Assembly: GCF_018977255.1 (NCBI RefSeq)
Contig: NW_024704742.1
Location: forward strand, 19,966,001-20,030,000
From: Callorhinchus milii
Lineage: Eukaryota
Direction of reading: 5' to 3'
Length of the DNA stretch: 64,000 nt
The notes beneath the pieces are model-generated. The model was given only the letters and a program-made list of their open reading frames with translations, searched no databases and had not been told where the DNA came from. Position 1 is the first letter of the stretch; every line of letters begins with the position of its first letter. The position numbers and the translations under genes are program-made. Shown here piece after piece: positions 1-11,900 of the stretch.

Positions 1-82
1 GGGAAACAGCTTTGGTGTCTCACCTACCCTTGACAAAGAATACATGAAGGGTGTGATGAAAACCAAAGCTGATGACTGTCAG
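1..82 (+). CDS. RAPGEF2: RAPGEF2 coding exon (partial, continues upstream of the window); cNMP-binding domain
   Basis: Frame from base 2 reads [27 protein letters not shown], then donor CAG|GTAATG at 83 (phase 0). Confidence 0.93.
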
Positions 83-281
83 GTAATGGTTTATATTTGT
101 TTGAAGTATTGTCTTAAGCCCCTTTTTCTTACAGAATACTTGAAATACCTTTAGTAACTGTGGAGCATTGTACTTTCCCAACTAGGATTGCCCAAGCCAC
201 TATGACCTAACTTGCAAGGTTGGGGATATGTTATTGCACTTGTGGTTGTATCTTACGGTTCCAGTTTTCAAACTCGGGGAG

Positions 282-1055
282 ATAATAATAATCCCTGCAT
301 TTGATATAGCGCTTTTCACATCTTCTAGATTGCAATATTGCCAGACTCCTCCACTACCTCACCCCTCAGACTGCTGAAACCCTCACCCACGCATTCGTCA
401 CCTCATGGCTTGATTACGGGAACTCCCTCCTCATCGGCCTTCCCAACTCTTCCCTTTACAAGCTGCAGATCATCCAAAACTCTGCAGCTCGTGTACTCTC
501 ACGTACCAGGCTCCGTGACCCCATCATTCCCACCCTCACCCGACTCCACTGGCTCCCCATCCCCCAGAGGATCGAGTTCAAGATCCTCATCCTCACCTTT
601 AAGGCCATCGATGGCCTCGCCCCCTCTATCTCTCTGACCTGCTGACTCCCTACGAGCCCGCTACCTCCGTTCATCCGGCTCCGGTCTGCTCCATGTCTCC
701 TGCCCGACCCGCCCTACCATCAGTGGCCGGGCTTTCAGCCTCTCTGCCCCCACACTCTGGAACTCCATCCCATGGTCCCTTCCCCTCGCTTCCTCCCTTG
801 CCTCCTTCAGGGTCAGTCTCAAGACCTTTCCCTTTGACCGTGCCTTTGGTCTCCCTCCCACCTCTCTGCCTTCCCTCACTCCTACACCACACTCCCTCCC
901 CCATGCTCGGGCACCGACACCTGACTTCAGCGCTTTGGGACATCCTCCCGACGTGAAAGGCATTCTATAAATGTAATTTTGTTGTTGTTGTTCTCAAAGA
1001 GCTTCACAGTATGTACTGAAAAGTAAATTGACTGTATATTTGTGAGTGAATGCCA
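282..1055 (-). mobile_element. SINE 3' tail split by the L2 insertion (282-330 and 992-1055)
   Basis: ATAATAATCCCTGCATTTGATATAGCGCTTTTCACATC...[L2]...TCTCAAAGAGCTTCACAG; matches the uninterrupted copy at 61703-61818. Confidence 0.8.
331..991 (+). mobile_element. L2-clade LINE 3' fragment nested inside a SINE tail
   Basis: Translates (with frameshifts) to ETLTHAFVTSWLDYGNSLLIGLPNSSLYKLQIIQNSAARVLSRT...LHWLPIPQRIEFKILILTFKA; ends in a (GTT)n tail; paralogous to 37444-38225. Confidence 0.88.
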
Positions 1056-2453
1056 GGATGCTGCAGGAATTGCTATAAACTATAAGCTCGTTAAAACCTT
1101 GTAAACCTAGTAATGTGCTCTTTAGAGATATTGGATGTGTAATTGACTTTATCTGTGTGTGCAGGTGGGAGAATGAAATCAGTCATGTAAAATAACAAAT
1201 GAACTGCAGGTTCCTATTTGGAATAAAGTCTAAGTGGTTACAGATAAAAGTAACGTTAAGATATTGCACTTAGACAAATTTGTCTCATGAATTTTGATTT
1301 TAATGAGGGTGACTTAAGCATGAAGAATGTTTCTGTACTCCATACTAAATAATGAGGAAGCTTTCCCTTTTCTCCCAAAGTGTTCAAGTACTAAATTAAA
1401 AACCACTTAAGTGTAAATTGAAGTTGTAAATTAGGAGCAAATATAATGGCGAACACATGTTCAAAGATTGTGGTATTCTTTTTGAGTTTAATTTTTTAAA
1501 AACCTGATAATTACCTTCATATGATACATTTCTAATTTTATGGTAAACTGGCTATTAGCGGGAAACAGTGAAAACAGTGGAAACAAAGAAAACTGAAAAA
1601 AAGGCAAAATACTGCAGATGCTTGAAATCTGAAATAAAAAACACGTTAAGTAGATTTCCCTCTCCTGTCTTGTTTTCTCCCTCACGAATAAAACAAAATT
1701 GATCAGATTATTTTCTCAATTCCTCCAGTCTCCTAAATCTATTTATAATCCCTTCCATTGCTCTCTAGACCATGCAAACAAAGGGTGCCTTTTTGCAAAT
1801 GCAGTCTATTGGAAATGGAGAACATACACCCTGATTGGGGTGATTGCTGGGTTTGTGTCACACAGCACACCTTTTAAAACGATGGAAGAAAGAATCTAAA
1901 AAGCGTTTGAAGAGTGAGAAATCACAAACAAAGGAAGAGACAAAATAATCAGTTAGGGCTCTACCGACCATTAGTGTTTCATCGAGAGTTCCTTCCAAAA
2001 TAGGGTTGCTGACTGAATCTTCCGTGTGCTATTTAGAAACATTTTATTTTTGAACCTGAAGAAATATAAATTTTATTGATTTCTTTGACACAACGTTAGG
2101 GGGAAAAAATCAATTCAACTATTGCATTTGTTCTCTTAGAGTGAATCTTCAATTCCATACATTTAGCAACAGGCTAAATGTGTATGTGTTTCGGTTATTT
2201 ATTGTACGGCCATCGTTAAAGCATTTTTTTTTAGAGCCCATTGAGTCGTGGAGCTAAAAATTTAAAGCAGATTCCCAAGCTATTATTAAAATGTAATGTT
2301 TTGAAGCTATGAATGGGGTAGTTTCAAGGAGTGAGAATTGCAGGAAAATAACCTCAATTCACAGAACTGAATAAATCAGGCAAATTGGATCTGTTATAAC
2401 CTAAATGTGATGCATATCCATAATCCTGTGACATCTTCTGTCTTCTTTGGTAG

Positions 2454-2606
2454 TTTGTGTGCATAGCTCAGCAGGACTACTGCCGAATCCTAAATCAGGT
2501 GGAGAAGAATATGCAGAAAGTTGAGGAGGAGGGAGAGATAGTGATGGTAAAGGAGCATAGAGAGTTGGATCGCACTGGAACTCGTAAAGGACACATAGTT
2601 ATCAAG
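2454..2606 (+). CDS. RAPGEF2: RAPGEF2 exon, end of cNMP-binding domain
   Basis: TAG|TTT acceptor; [60 protein letters not shown] donor; 153 nt, phase 0-0. Confidence 0.95.
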
Positions 2607-2727
2607 GTAAATCAGCATATTTTGAAGTACTTGAGAAATGTACCCTAAAATAAATGAATCTCTTGTCCATTGTTTTTATCCCTGTAGCACTGTCTAGTTT
2701 TACTAACTACATGTTCTGTTGTATTAG

Positions 2728-2892
2728 GGAACACCTGAACGGTTAACCATGCACCTGGTGGAAGAGCACTCTGTGGTGGACCCCACATACATAGAAGATT
2801 TTCTTTTAACCTTCCGAACCTTCTTATCAAGTCCAATGGAAGTTGGGAAAAAGCTGTTAGAGTGGTTCAATGATCCTAGTCTCAGGGACAAG
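2728..2892 (+). CDS. RAPGEF2: RAPGEF2 exon, REM (RasGEF N-terminal) domain
   Basis: TAG|GGA acceptor; [64 protein letters not shown]; 165 nt. Confidence 0.95.
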
Positions 2893-3119
2893 GTTAGCCA
2901 AAGCTATAAATGTACTTTTTGATTCAGAACTTATTTTTTAATTGTAATCTGAATTGTAATAATTAGTTTTAAATGATTAGCATTCTGCTGATGTTTACTT
3001 CCACGATTCATGCACACACACACACAAATACAAGGCACACAAACAGTTTTCCAGGATTTGTGTTGCATTTGAAGCTTCAAGAATTCTAGACAGAGTTGTT
3101 TGTGTTCTTAAGTGTTTGG

Positions 3120-3805
3120 GTTGTAGCCTATGTCTTTTGGTAGCAGTTTCTCCTCTGAGTCAGATGGTCATGGGTTCAAGCCCCACTTTGTGCCTTTGAG
3201 CTCATGGTTTAGGCTGTTACTCCACTGCATTGCCAAAAGTGACTTCCTTTGGATAAGTCCTTAAACTGAGGTCATGTATGCCTGTTCAGGTAGACATTAA
3301 AGATCCCAGGGCACTATTCAAATGGAGATTTGAATTTTTCCTGATGTTACGACAAATATTTCTTCAGATAAAATTGGTCATTCACTCCACTTTGTAGTTG
3401 TTTATGGAACATTATTGTAGGCAAATTGGATGCTGCGTTAACCTACATTGTGATCATACTACAGTATATATACTACATAGTAACTGCACTCCAACTGCAT
3501 TGTTGAAGATGCCACTCTTCAGATTAGATGTTAAACAAAGGTTCCATTCTATTCAGGTGGATGTTACAAATCCCATGACATTATTTGAAAAGAGAAGGGA
3601 GTTTCTCCCAGTATCCTAGCCAAACTTCCAGATAAAATTGGGCATTCACTTCATGGCTGTTTGAGGTACATTGTTGTGTGCAAATTGACTGTGGTGCTCG
3701 CCTACAGAATACACAGTCACTATACTTTATAGTAAATCCTGTCATAGATTTGAGACGTTCAATGATGTGATAAGGAGCTATATCAAATGCATGGATTATC
3801 ATTTA
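3120..3805 (+). mobile_element. Two tandem degenerate tRNA/Deu-domain SINE copies
   Basis: GAGTCAGATGG..GGGTTCAAGCCCC head, TTAAACTGAGG..CAGGT..GATCCCAGGGCACTATT core (repeated near 3530-3600), and GCTATATCAAATGCATGGATTAT tail. Confidence 0.7.
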
Positions 3806-4354
3806 TTCTTAATGCAAGAAAGAAAGCTGCAATTCTTTCAATTTCAGTTCGAAGCTGGATTTCAGCTTTAAGCCTGTTGTACAATAGACCCAAGTTGTTT
3901 TATCACTCCTGTACAACAGATAATTTAGGATATTAGAATCCTTCAATTAATTTGATCCATTATTTAACACTCACTTTCAAGAATTATGTTGAACCAAAGT
4001 TTTTATTAGAATTGCACTCTCTTACGATCTTCATTGCAAACTAGTATTTTTCTATAATTGTTCAATAGTAATAGAGCTGAAGTTTCAAGCTGTTTGTCTA
4101 ACACGTAGCCAGCTGTTTTTGAAAACATAATCCATTCTTAGTTATTCGAATTCATCTTTATGTCACCCTGGACTGTGCACTGTTTGCATAAGAGCATGGG
4201 TGAATGCAGCTTAGCATGTGCTAATAACATTCTATAACCAGTCTTGAGGAATCATTTAAGAAGTTGCAATGACTTTCAGTTATCATTTGTGCCCTTTCTT
4301 ACCCTCCCCTTAAGGAGCAGTTCAGTAAGTAACTGGCTGACTGCCTTTCACTCC

Positions 4355-4735
4355 TAAATTAGAGCTGGGCCATTTAGGAGTGAAGTTAGGAAGCAAGTTT
4401 TCACCTAAAGGGTAGTGGAAATCTGGAGCTATCACGCCCAAAAGGCTGAGGATGCTGAATCCATTCACATTTTCAAGACTGAGGTGGATAGATATTTGTT
4501 AGGTCAGGGTATCAAGGGATATGGGGCAAGGGCCCACAAAATACACAATCAATTCACTTTACAGTATATTCTGTGAAGCGCTTTGTAGAAGACATGAAAA
4601 GCTTTATGTCAAATATAAGGATTATTATTTATCATTATAAGGGCAGGTAATTGGAGTTGAAGTACAGATCAGCCATGATCTCGTAGAATGGTGTAACAGG
4701 CTTGAGGTGCTGAAAAGCCTTCTCCTGTTTCTATG
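4355..4735 (+). mobile_element. CR1-clade LINE 3' end, interrupted by a SINE tail (4534-4638; TSD AAGGGC)
   Basis: AAATTAGAGCTGGGCCATTTAGGAGTGAA...AGATCAGCCATGATCTC..AGAATGG...CTCCTGTTTCTATG, closely similar to 14945-15222; AAGGGC at 4528-4533 and 4639-4644. Confidence 0.8.
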
Positions 4736-5385
4736 CTAAGATTAGAAACCAATTGTGTAGAGAATCCCACTGTGTGGCACAGAGAGTGAAACCCAATGCT
4801 GGGTGTCAGTCTGCTTGGCCTGCTTGGAGTCATACGGGATCCACTTGAACTGGCCTTTATATTTATCATTGAAATGACAGAAGAATACATTTTTTTTACA
4901 TGCAACTACCAATTTCCTGTGAAAAAGGCTTTCATTGTTGGAACTGACAATGCATTTTTTAAAAAGGATTTTCAGCAATGGAGGAAGTTGTGACTTTGAA
5001 ACAACCATTTTCTTCCCACAAATGAAATGAGACGAAACTTTTAAGTTTTTTTTATTCCTCCAGTTTGTACAATGAAACATGATGCAGCCAGTTTTTTACT
5101 GTTACAATAAGCTTCATTTGTTCTTTCATTTCTTGTAAATTGAAATGAGTTTGCTTTATGGGACAATACCTCAAACTGTGGTTAACTTGGCAAAGGTAAA
5201 TTATTGGGGATTGTACAAAGCAAAGTAATCCAGACAAATTTGTCTGGGCATTGTGCTCTTTATTGTGTGGACCAATTGTACAATAAAACTCATAAGTCAT
5301 ATGAGCCAGGACCGTAACATTTAATATGGCTTATGTGAAGTCCGAGTTGCAGACAAACTATAAATCGTATAAATCCGATTTAATC

Positions 5386-5713
5386 AATAATAATAATCCT
5401 TGCATTTGATATAGCGCCTTATCCTGTAGGTCAGTGGTTAGAGCACTCGCCTCGCAAGCGAGAGATCTGGGTTAAATTCATGGCAGATTGAAATGCTGGC
5501 CGAGTATCCTTACTCCATACGCCTCTGTTTACATAAGTAGGAACCCGGTTGTTAGTCAATTGGCAGATCGCTTTTACGGGGGTAATAATTCCTGCAAAGG
5601 AAAAAATAATAATTGGTCACTTCAATCCACAACTCTTTGTGGGACACTGCTGTGCGCAATTGGCTGCCACATTTCGCCCACAAAATATACAGTCAATTCA
5701 CTTCACAGTATAT
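5386..5713. mobile_element. Rearranged tRNA-headed SINE (tail on - strand fused to head/body on + strand)
   Basis: 5386-5423 is the reverse-oriented tail; 5422-5713 is the head TCCTGTAGGTCAGTGGTTAGAGCACTCG through the body to CACTTCACAGTATAT. Confidence 0.8.
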
Positions 5714-6156
5714 ACGTGGGAGTTTGTCACTGCAGCCTGTAAGTGCACATGGGGTGATGGGTCAAGATTACATTTCCTGCAATACACTGCATCTTGACCC
5801 GTCACTGCATGCTCTCTTACCAGCAAGCATTGGAATCACATTGAGTTGCGAGAAATTAAGTTCTTCTGCCCATACGGCGACGGATCAAGCCTATGTTTCT
5901 CACGATTCAATGCAGTTGATAAATGCGGGATTAATGGAGAATAGAGGGGAGTTGTTACAAGTTAGGAGGTGATTAATATGATTAATGCAAAGAAATCTAA
6001 GTGGTTTTGATCGGAGACTCAACGGGACTTGATAAATATACGAATTGGTCGATTATGCGATTGACAAAGATAAATCTTATGAAAATTTTACTGTAGTTTG
6101 TCTTGTATGCATAGTCTACATTGCATTTTATGTTGCAAAATAAAACTATTTTTCAG

Positions 6157-6264
6157 GTTACACGGGTAGTATTGTTGTGGGTAAACAATCACTTCAATGA
6201 CTTTGAAGGAGATTCTGCAATGACGAATTTTCTAGAAGAATTTGAAAATAATTTGGAGCGAGAA
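6157..6264 (+). CDS. RAPGEF2: RAPGEF2 exon, REM domain
   Basis: [54 protein letters not shown]; 108 nt. Confidence 0.95.
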
Positions 6265-6385
6265 GTGAGTTGACATATATATTGCTGCATTCTATTTTCA
6301 AGGTAGTTTTCCTCATTTCATTCTAAAATACCCAATTTTAATTAAAATGATTACAAGAATGGGTGTTTTTGTGCACATTATACAG

Positions 6386-6589
6386 AAAATGGGTGGCCAC
6401 CTCAGACTGTTAAACATCGCCTGTGCAGCCAAGGCCAAGCGGAGACTTGTAACTCTAATGAAGCCATCACGTGAAGCCCCTTTGCCATTTATTCTGCTTG
6501 GAGGCAGTGAAAAAGGATTTGGGATTTTCATGGACAGTGTGGAGCCTGGTAGCAAAGCTGTCGAAGCTGGATTGAAACGCGGTGATCAG
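6386..6589 (+). CDS. RAPGEF2: RAPGEF2 exon, PDZ domain N-terminal part
   Basis: [55 protein letters not shown]...GLKRGDQ; CAG|GTTTGA; 204 nt. Confidence 0.95.
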
Positions 6590-7561
6590 GTTTGAGCAAT
6601 ATACGACAAAATATATACATAGGTATGGACATTGACAAACATCCACACCCAGATCTGTTGTCTGTGGAACAGTGTCATTTTCTGGAATTTAGTCTCTTGC
6701 ATACACAGTTCCAATTCAGAAATACATGGTTTCTTGAACATGCATTATTACACTAATAAGTTTGCAATCAACCCATTTGCGCCTAGTGCACTTTCACCAG
6801 GTAAAATAATCTTTTTTTAAAAAAACACAAGTCATTCACATAACATCTTGTCACAATTTTTGTAGTGGGTGAAAAGAAAAATAACATAGAAGCATTATAT
6901 TATGAGAATTATAAGTTACTCCAGTGAAACAATTCTGTGGTGCTGCATCACAGGTCATTCTATCTGATCTTTACTCTTCTATCTAGATTTTTCTATCTTT
7001 ACTCTTACAGTTGTCCTGTTCATTAAAAAGAATCACGAACCAAAATGTAACATTTATAAATGAAGAGACCTGACACAGCCATGGGCCTTTCACTCAATTT
7101 CTTTTCATAGCAACTACTTTGAAGATATGGCACTTGTGCATCCTTTCCAGTGACTGGATGTCAGAAACTGCAGTGATTCTGACTTTTTTCATTGGAAAAT
7201 GTATGTTTGTTACAATATGTCATGGCCAGTCACGTAATTTGATACATTTCTCAATTTGAGATGGCTGAATATCACCATAGTGCAACTTTGTTGCTCTATG
7301 AGTTTTTCCAATCAGTTTTACTTTTATCATATAAAAGTTGGCCACCATGACTTATGTTCTGTGTACTAACAATCGTTACAAGATACAAGATACTAGACAT
7401 AGTACGTGTAAGTTCATTTTTTATCATTTCAAATGACATACTTTTTTCTCCCAATTAATCTGTGACAGTTTATCACAATTTTCTGTTGTAACAGTATTGT
7501 GGGATTCTTAGAAATGTTTAAGCTCAAATCAGGAATGAATGATGATTATCTTGTTTTTCAG

Positions 7562-7670
7562 ATAATGGAAGTTAACGGACAGAATTTTGAGAATATTCAG
7601 CTATCAAAAGCCTTGGAAATTCTTAGGAACAATACTCATTTGTCTATCACTGTGAAAACAAACTTATTTG
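7562..7670 (+). CDS. RAPGEF2: RAPGEF2 exon, PDZ domain C-terminal part
   Basis: [52 protein letters not shown]; 109 nt, phase 0-1. Confidence 0.95.
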
Positions 7671-8314
7671 GTAGGTTTCAGATTTCAACATATTCGATAC
7701 TTTAATTGGGAAGGGAAAATGTTATGGGACAGAAACTGCACTGTCCTTGTGCCAACCAAGATGTGCGGTGAGTTAAAACAGCCACTTCACCTCTGATGCT
7801 TGAATTCAATTCAGTCTGGATTGATGGAGTGAAGATTCTCATTTAAAGGGTTACACATGAACTAAGTTTAGTCTGAAAATAATTTCCTATACATCCGCAG
7901 CACAAAACTGCCCTTGGCAATATTTGGCTATCTTACTATTTTACAACATATTTGGAGGGATGAATTGAATGCCTTATGCTTTCATGAATGAACAACCATC
8001 AAATTTATAACTTAATTCAAAAGGTTTTCATCAGTGGAGCCAACATTGCATTCAACACGCAATGTTCTTTATAATTATTACAGAATTTGGCTGCGGTTGG
8101 ATTAATGGCAATCATAAATTAGACACAATGTCTTTTGAGGTGTAGGTTGCTCATGATGTGCAATAAATGCTTCTAGCTTCTGATTATGTTGGCTGTGAAG
8201 ATTCTACAATTTATAGCTGGAATCACTTATGCAATGAATATCTTTTAAATCTGAGAAGACGTCTCTTTGGTTATGGATATTTAAAAGTATTTCTATGTAA
8301 TGCCTCCCATGCAG

Positions 8315-8558
8315 TATTTAAAGAGCTTCTGGTCAGATTAACAGAAGAGAAGAGGAACGGCTCTCCTCACCTACCAAAAATTGGTGACAAGAAAGGAAGT
8401 CGTTACTCCATCCCAGATCTTGCTGTGGATGTTGAACATGTAATGGGATTAGATAAAGCAAACAAGAAAGCAAAAGCTAACACTGTGGCAGGACGCAACA
8501 AACTGAAGAAAATACTGGACAAGACTCGAATCAGCATCCTTCCACAAAAACCATATAA
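8315..8558 (+). CDS. RAPGEF2: RAPGEF2 exon (PDZ-RA linker)
   Basis: [49 protein letters not shown]...[17 protein letters not shown]; 244 nt, phase 1-2. Confidence 0.94.
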
Positions 8559-8610
8559 GTGAGTGACTTTAGTAAAAAATTTAGAAGTGATTGTGTTTGT
8601 ATGTACATTT

Positions 8611-8936
8611 AATAATAATAATAATAATCCTTGCATTTGATATAGCGCTTTTCACGTCGGGAGGACGTCCCACAGCGCTTCACAGAACATACTGCAAAGT
8701 GAATTGACTGTATATTTGTGGGCGAACGCGGCAGCCAATTGCGCACAGCAATGTCCCACAAACAGTCGTAGATTGAAAATGACCAATTAATTATTGTTTT
8801 TGGTTTTTGGAGGGATTATTATTAGGCTCTGTGTGGAGTAAGGAAACTTGCCCAAGGTTTCACCCTCTGCCTGGAATTGAACTCAGGTCTCTCACTTGCA
8901 AAGCGAGTGCTCTAACCACTGAGCTACAGGACTCCA
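8611..8936 (-). mobile_element. Near full-length tRNA-headed SINE with L2-type tail
   Basis: Minus strand: TCCTGTAGCTCAGTGGTTAGAGCACTCG...GAGTTCAATTCC (A and B boxes), body, then AAGCGCTATATCAAATGCAAGG(ATT)n. Confidence 0.88.
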
Positions 8937-11900
8937 CTGTAGGACTCCACTCCATTTGCTCTATGGTTGGCTCAGTCAAGATTACTCAGTAGAGTATCAT
9001 TGAGATATCAAGTTTGTTTAGAAATACAATATTCAATTTGCTCTGTGAGGAACGTCTGATTATTTCCAAGTAAGAAGAAACTGGATTCTGGACTATTCTT
9101 GTATATCAGACATCAGTCTTGTTTCAAATCAATTACATTTTCATGAAGAAAACTGCAAAGGCTACTTTTTAACATTTCTGTTGGGTTTTGTAAGTTATCT
9201 TTCTTCTCTGCATCATTGTCAATCAACTTGGGAATCTTCTACATTTGTATCAAATTCACTGACCCATCTATAATTGGAGCTCCATTACAATGCAGTAGAG
9301 AGCTATACGATCACAACCAGTGGTATATCTGAGCTTAGTTCTTTGTCACGCTTCTATATTCACTGCTTGTTCAGAAAGAAAATAACATTAACAGCAACTT
9401 GATGACACGAGAATTAGCCAGTTTGGCTTCCCACACACCCGCCAGTGTTTTGCAGTAATTGAAATACCAAGCGTGGTTTGGATTTGTAGGTGTTGGTGTC
9501 TGCAACTATAAGCAAACCTGTTATAATGAAGTGAAATATAACAGGGTTCTATCTGTATGTCATGGATGTAACACAAACATTATTCATTACAACAACATTT
9601 GCATTTGGTGTAACACCTTCACGTAGGCAGGATGTTTCTAAACTACTTTATAAGATATACTACAAAGTGGAGTAATTGCGTGTGGGTGAATTTACAATGT
9701 ACAGTGAAATATAAAAGAAATCCTGTAGCATTGTTTAAACACTGTTTCCAACTTTGCCACAGGAGGAACGAAAGGCTGCTTTCATTCTCCATAGCCTATT
9801 GCCAAAAGGCCCTCAATTATAGATTCACAATAATTGTGGACGTTTGGTGACTGTTACCACACACTATTTGATAAATGCAGGATAACATAGAATATGTTCA
9901 AAGGCAGTAACACATTAAGGTGTTCACAAATAGTAAGATCAAATCTTTAGTGGTTTATCAATATCCTCTGAATCCTAAGATGTGTTTTTACTTTGAGATG
10001 CATTCCTACATACTTAAATATTAATGTCTGCGCATGCTATTTTATTAAATTAATTTATGTAATAAGCTCCTGTAGCCAGACACCCTCCGATCATGTTACT
10101 TAACTCCAGTGAATTGATTTTTATTATTTCACTACCCTTTATACTTAATTTCTTCAGTTTTTTTCCCGTTGTATCCTGCCATGTATAGTTGTACAGCACA
10201 AAGTGAACTCAAAAGGCATCAGTTTGTACCACTTTCAAGTAATTACTATACAATTCAACACAATCATTATATCAATGGTGATTTTTGAGTACAATATTTG
10301 TTTTTGTGAAAGAAAAGACCTATCAGACTGCTAATGATTATGAGTTGCATGCCCACTTTAATTTACAGATTAATTAGCAAACCCATCTGCCTCATTGCCA
10401 AAATTAGAAATACTTATATGGAGCTTTTATACATTGTAGAATAGTTATTAAAGATAGTGTCGGTATTTAATAAAATGACTCTGTAACCTGGGATATAGTA
10501 GTTTCAGTCAAATCTTAATGAATCATATCATTAATTTATCTGAGCGAGTTGATAGCACATTAACCTACAAATTTCTAGGTGACCTGTTTTTCTTCTTAAT
10601 TAAAGTTATGTATTCAAGTGGTAAATCTCACCATTGAGAAGTTCCTTTCTTATCATTATCATTAGAGTAAGTACTCAGAATATTACCTTCATGAGCTTAA
10701 TGCTATAGGTTTTCACTTCTGCACATACAGACTTACTTCTGAATTCAGCCTACAACAGACAATTCATGTTGTATATCAATTGCTTTGAGATTGGTCAGAT
10801 TGTGATTTTCCAGTTCTGTACATTTTTCTGTCTCCAAAACTTATTAGACATTATTTTTCTCTTTTCATAGGGCTATCAATGGTACAAAATGACTCCCAGG
10901 TTGAGACAGAGATGTTAAGGGGACCTATGGAAAATGTTTTTGACGAATCTTTCTGATTTGTTCACAAATAAATATTACAACATAAATAACATAAACATTC
11001 TTCATTGAATCACCACTCATTTTTCTTCATCTCCTTTCCTAACCATGTGACTACTTGTTAGGGGTAGTTATCCTTGAGTACTTTGCCATAAGTAACCAAT
11101 CTTCATATGTAAATCTTGATTGTGATTGTCAGCAGGCAATTCAGCTTTGGGGTGGGGAGAATAAATGAGCCCAAAATCGTGCCCTTGAATGATATTCACA
11201 CACAATGCAAAATGTGTCATTGGGATAATGACTTTAAATAAAAACGCTATCAGATAAAATTTCCCTTGCTAATACTGGGCCCTGAAGACAATTATATATC
11301 ATCTAACTAAATCAGCATGGAGCAGAGATCAAATCCAGAATATTTCCGGTCAAGGTGGCAGAGCTTTTTACTGGAACTCGCCGAGTCATTTGAGGAGCTC
11401 GTTTTAGAGAGAATTAAATCTACATTTTGGATCCCAGGAAGTAGGAGGCAGAACTAAACTTTTAAAGTAATTTATGAAGGGGGCTTTATTAATATCATAT
11501 GCTGTTGTTAACTTGATCTGGTTTTATTTCTATTCAGGGAGTACAATAAAAATACAGTGCCAAGTACATTTTCTCTCTTAGTGCCACACACTAATCAATT
11601 TCTGTCTCCAAACATCACAACTTGGTGACTATTAATATCTTCCGATCAATCACCCAAAACGTTCATCTGATAATAGATGGTATATTTTCACCCAGTGTGG
11701 GCCTCAGAGCTTTTTTTATTGCTTTTCTCTCATTGAGCATCAAAACAGTTGTTTGTTCCTGCCTCTGGCAACTGATTTTCTTAATTAATATCCAATGAGT
11801 TTTGATCTCTGGTCTCTCATCTATTTTTTCTAGTGCTAAACATTTACCATTTTTATAAAATACAATATTTACATTTGATGTAGTGAGATCATAGTAAGTT

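Noticed and set aside
5822..6070. Relatively CpG-rich intronic stretch overlapping a 119-aa ORF
   Set aside because: The ORF begins inside a SINE, and no frame I translated gives a recognisable protein; origin unresolved.
8860..8936. tRNA gene on the minus strand (also 5422-5490 and 45012-45075)
   Set aside because: The A/B boxes are contiguous with SINE bodies and tails and no convincing acceptor stem is visible; these are SINE heads.
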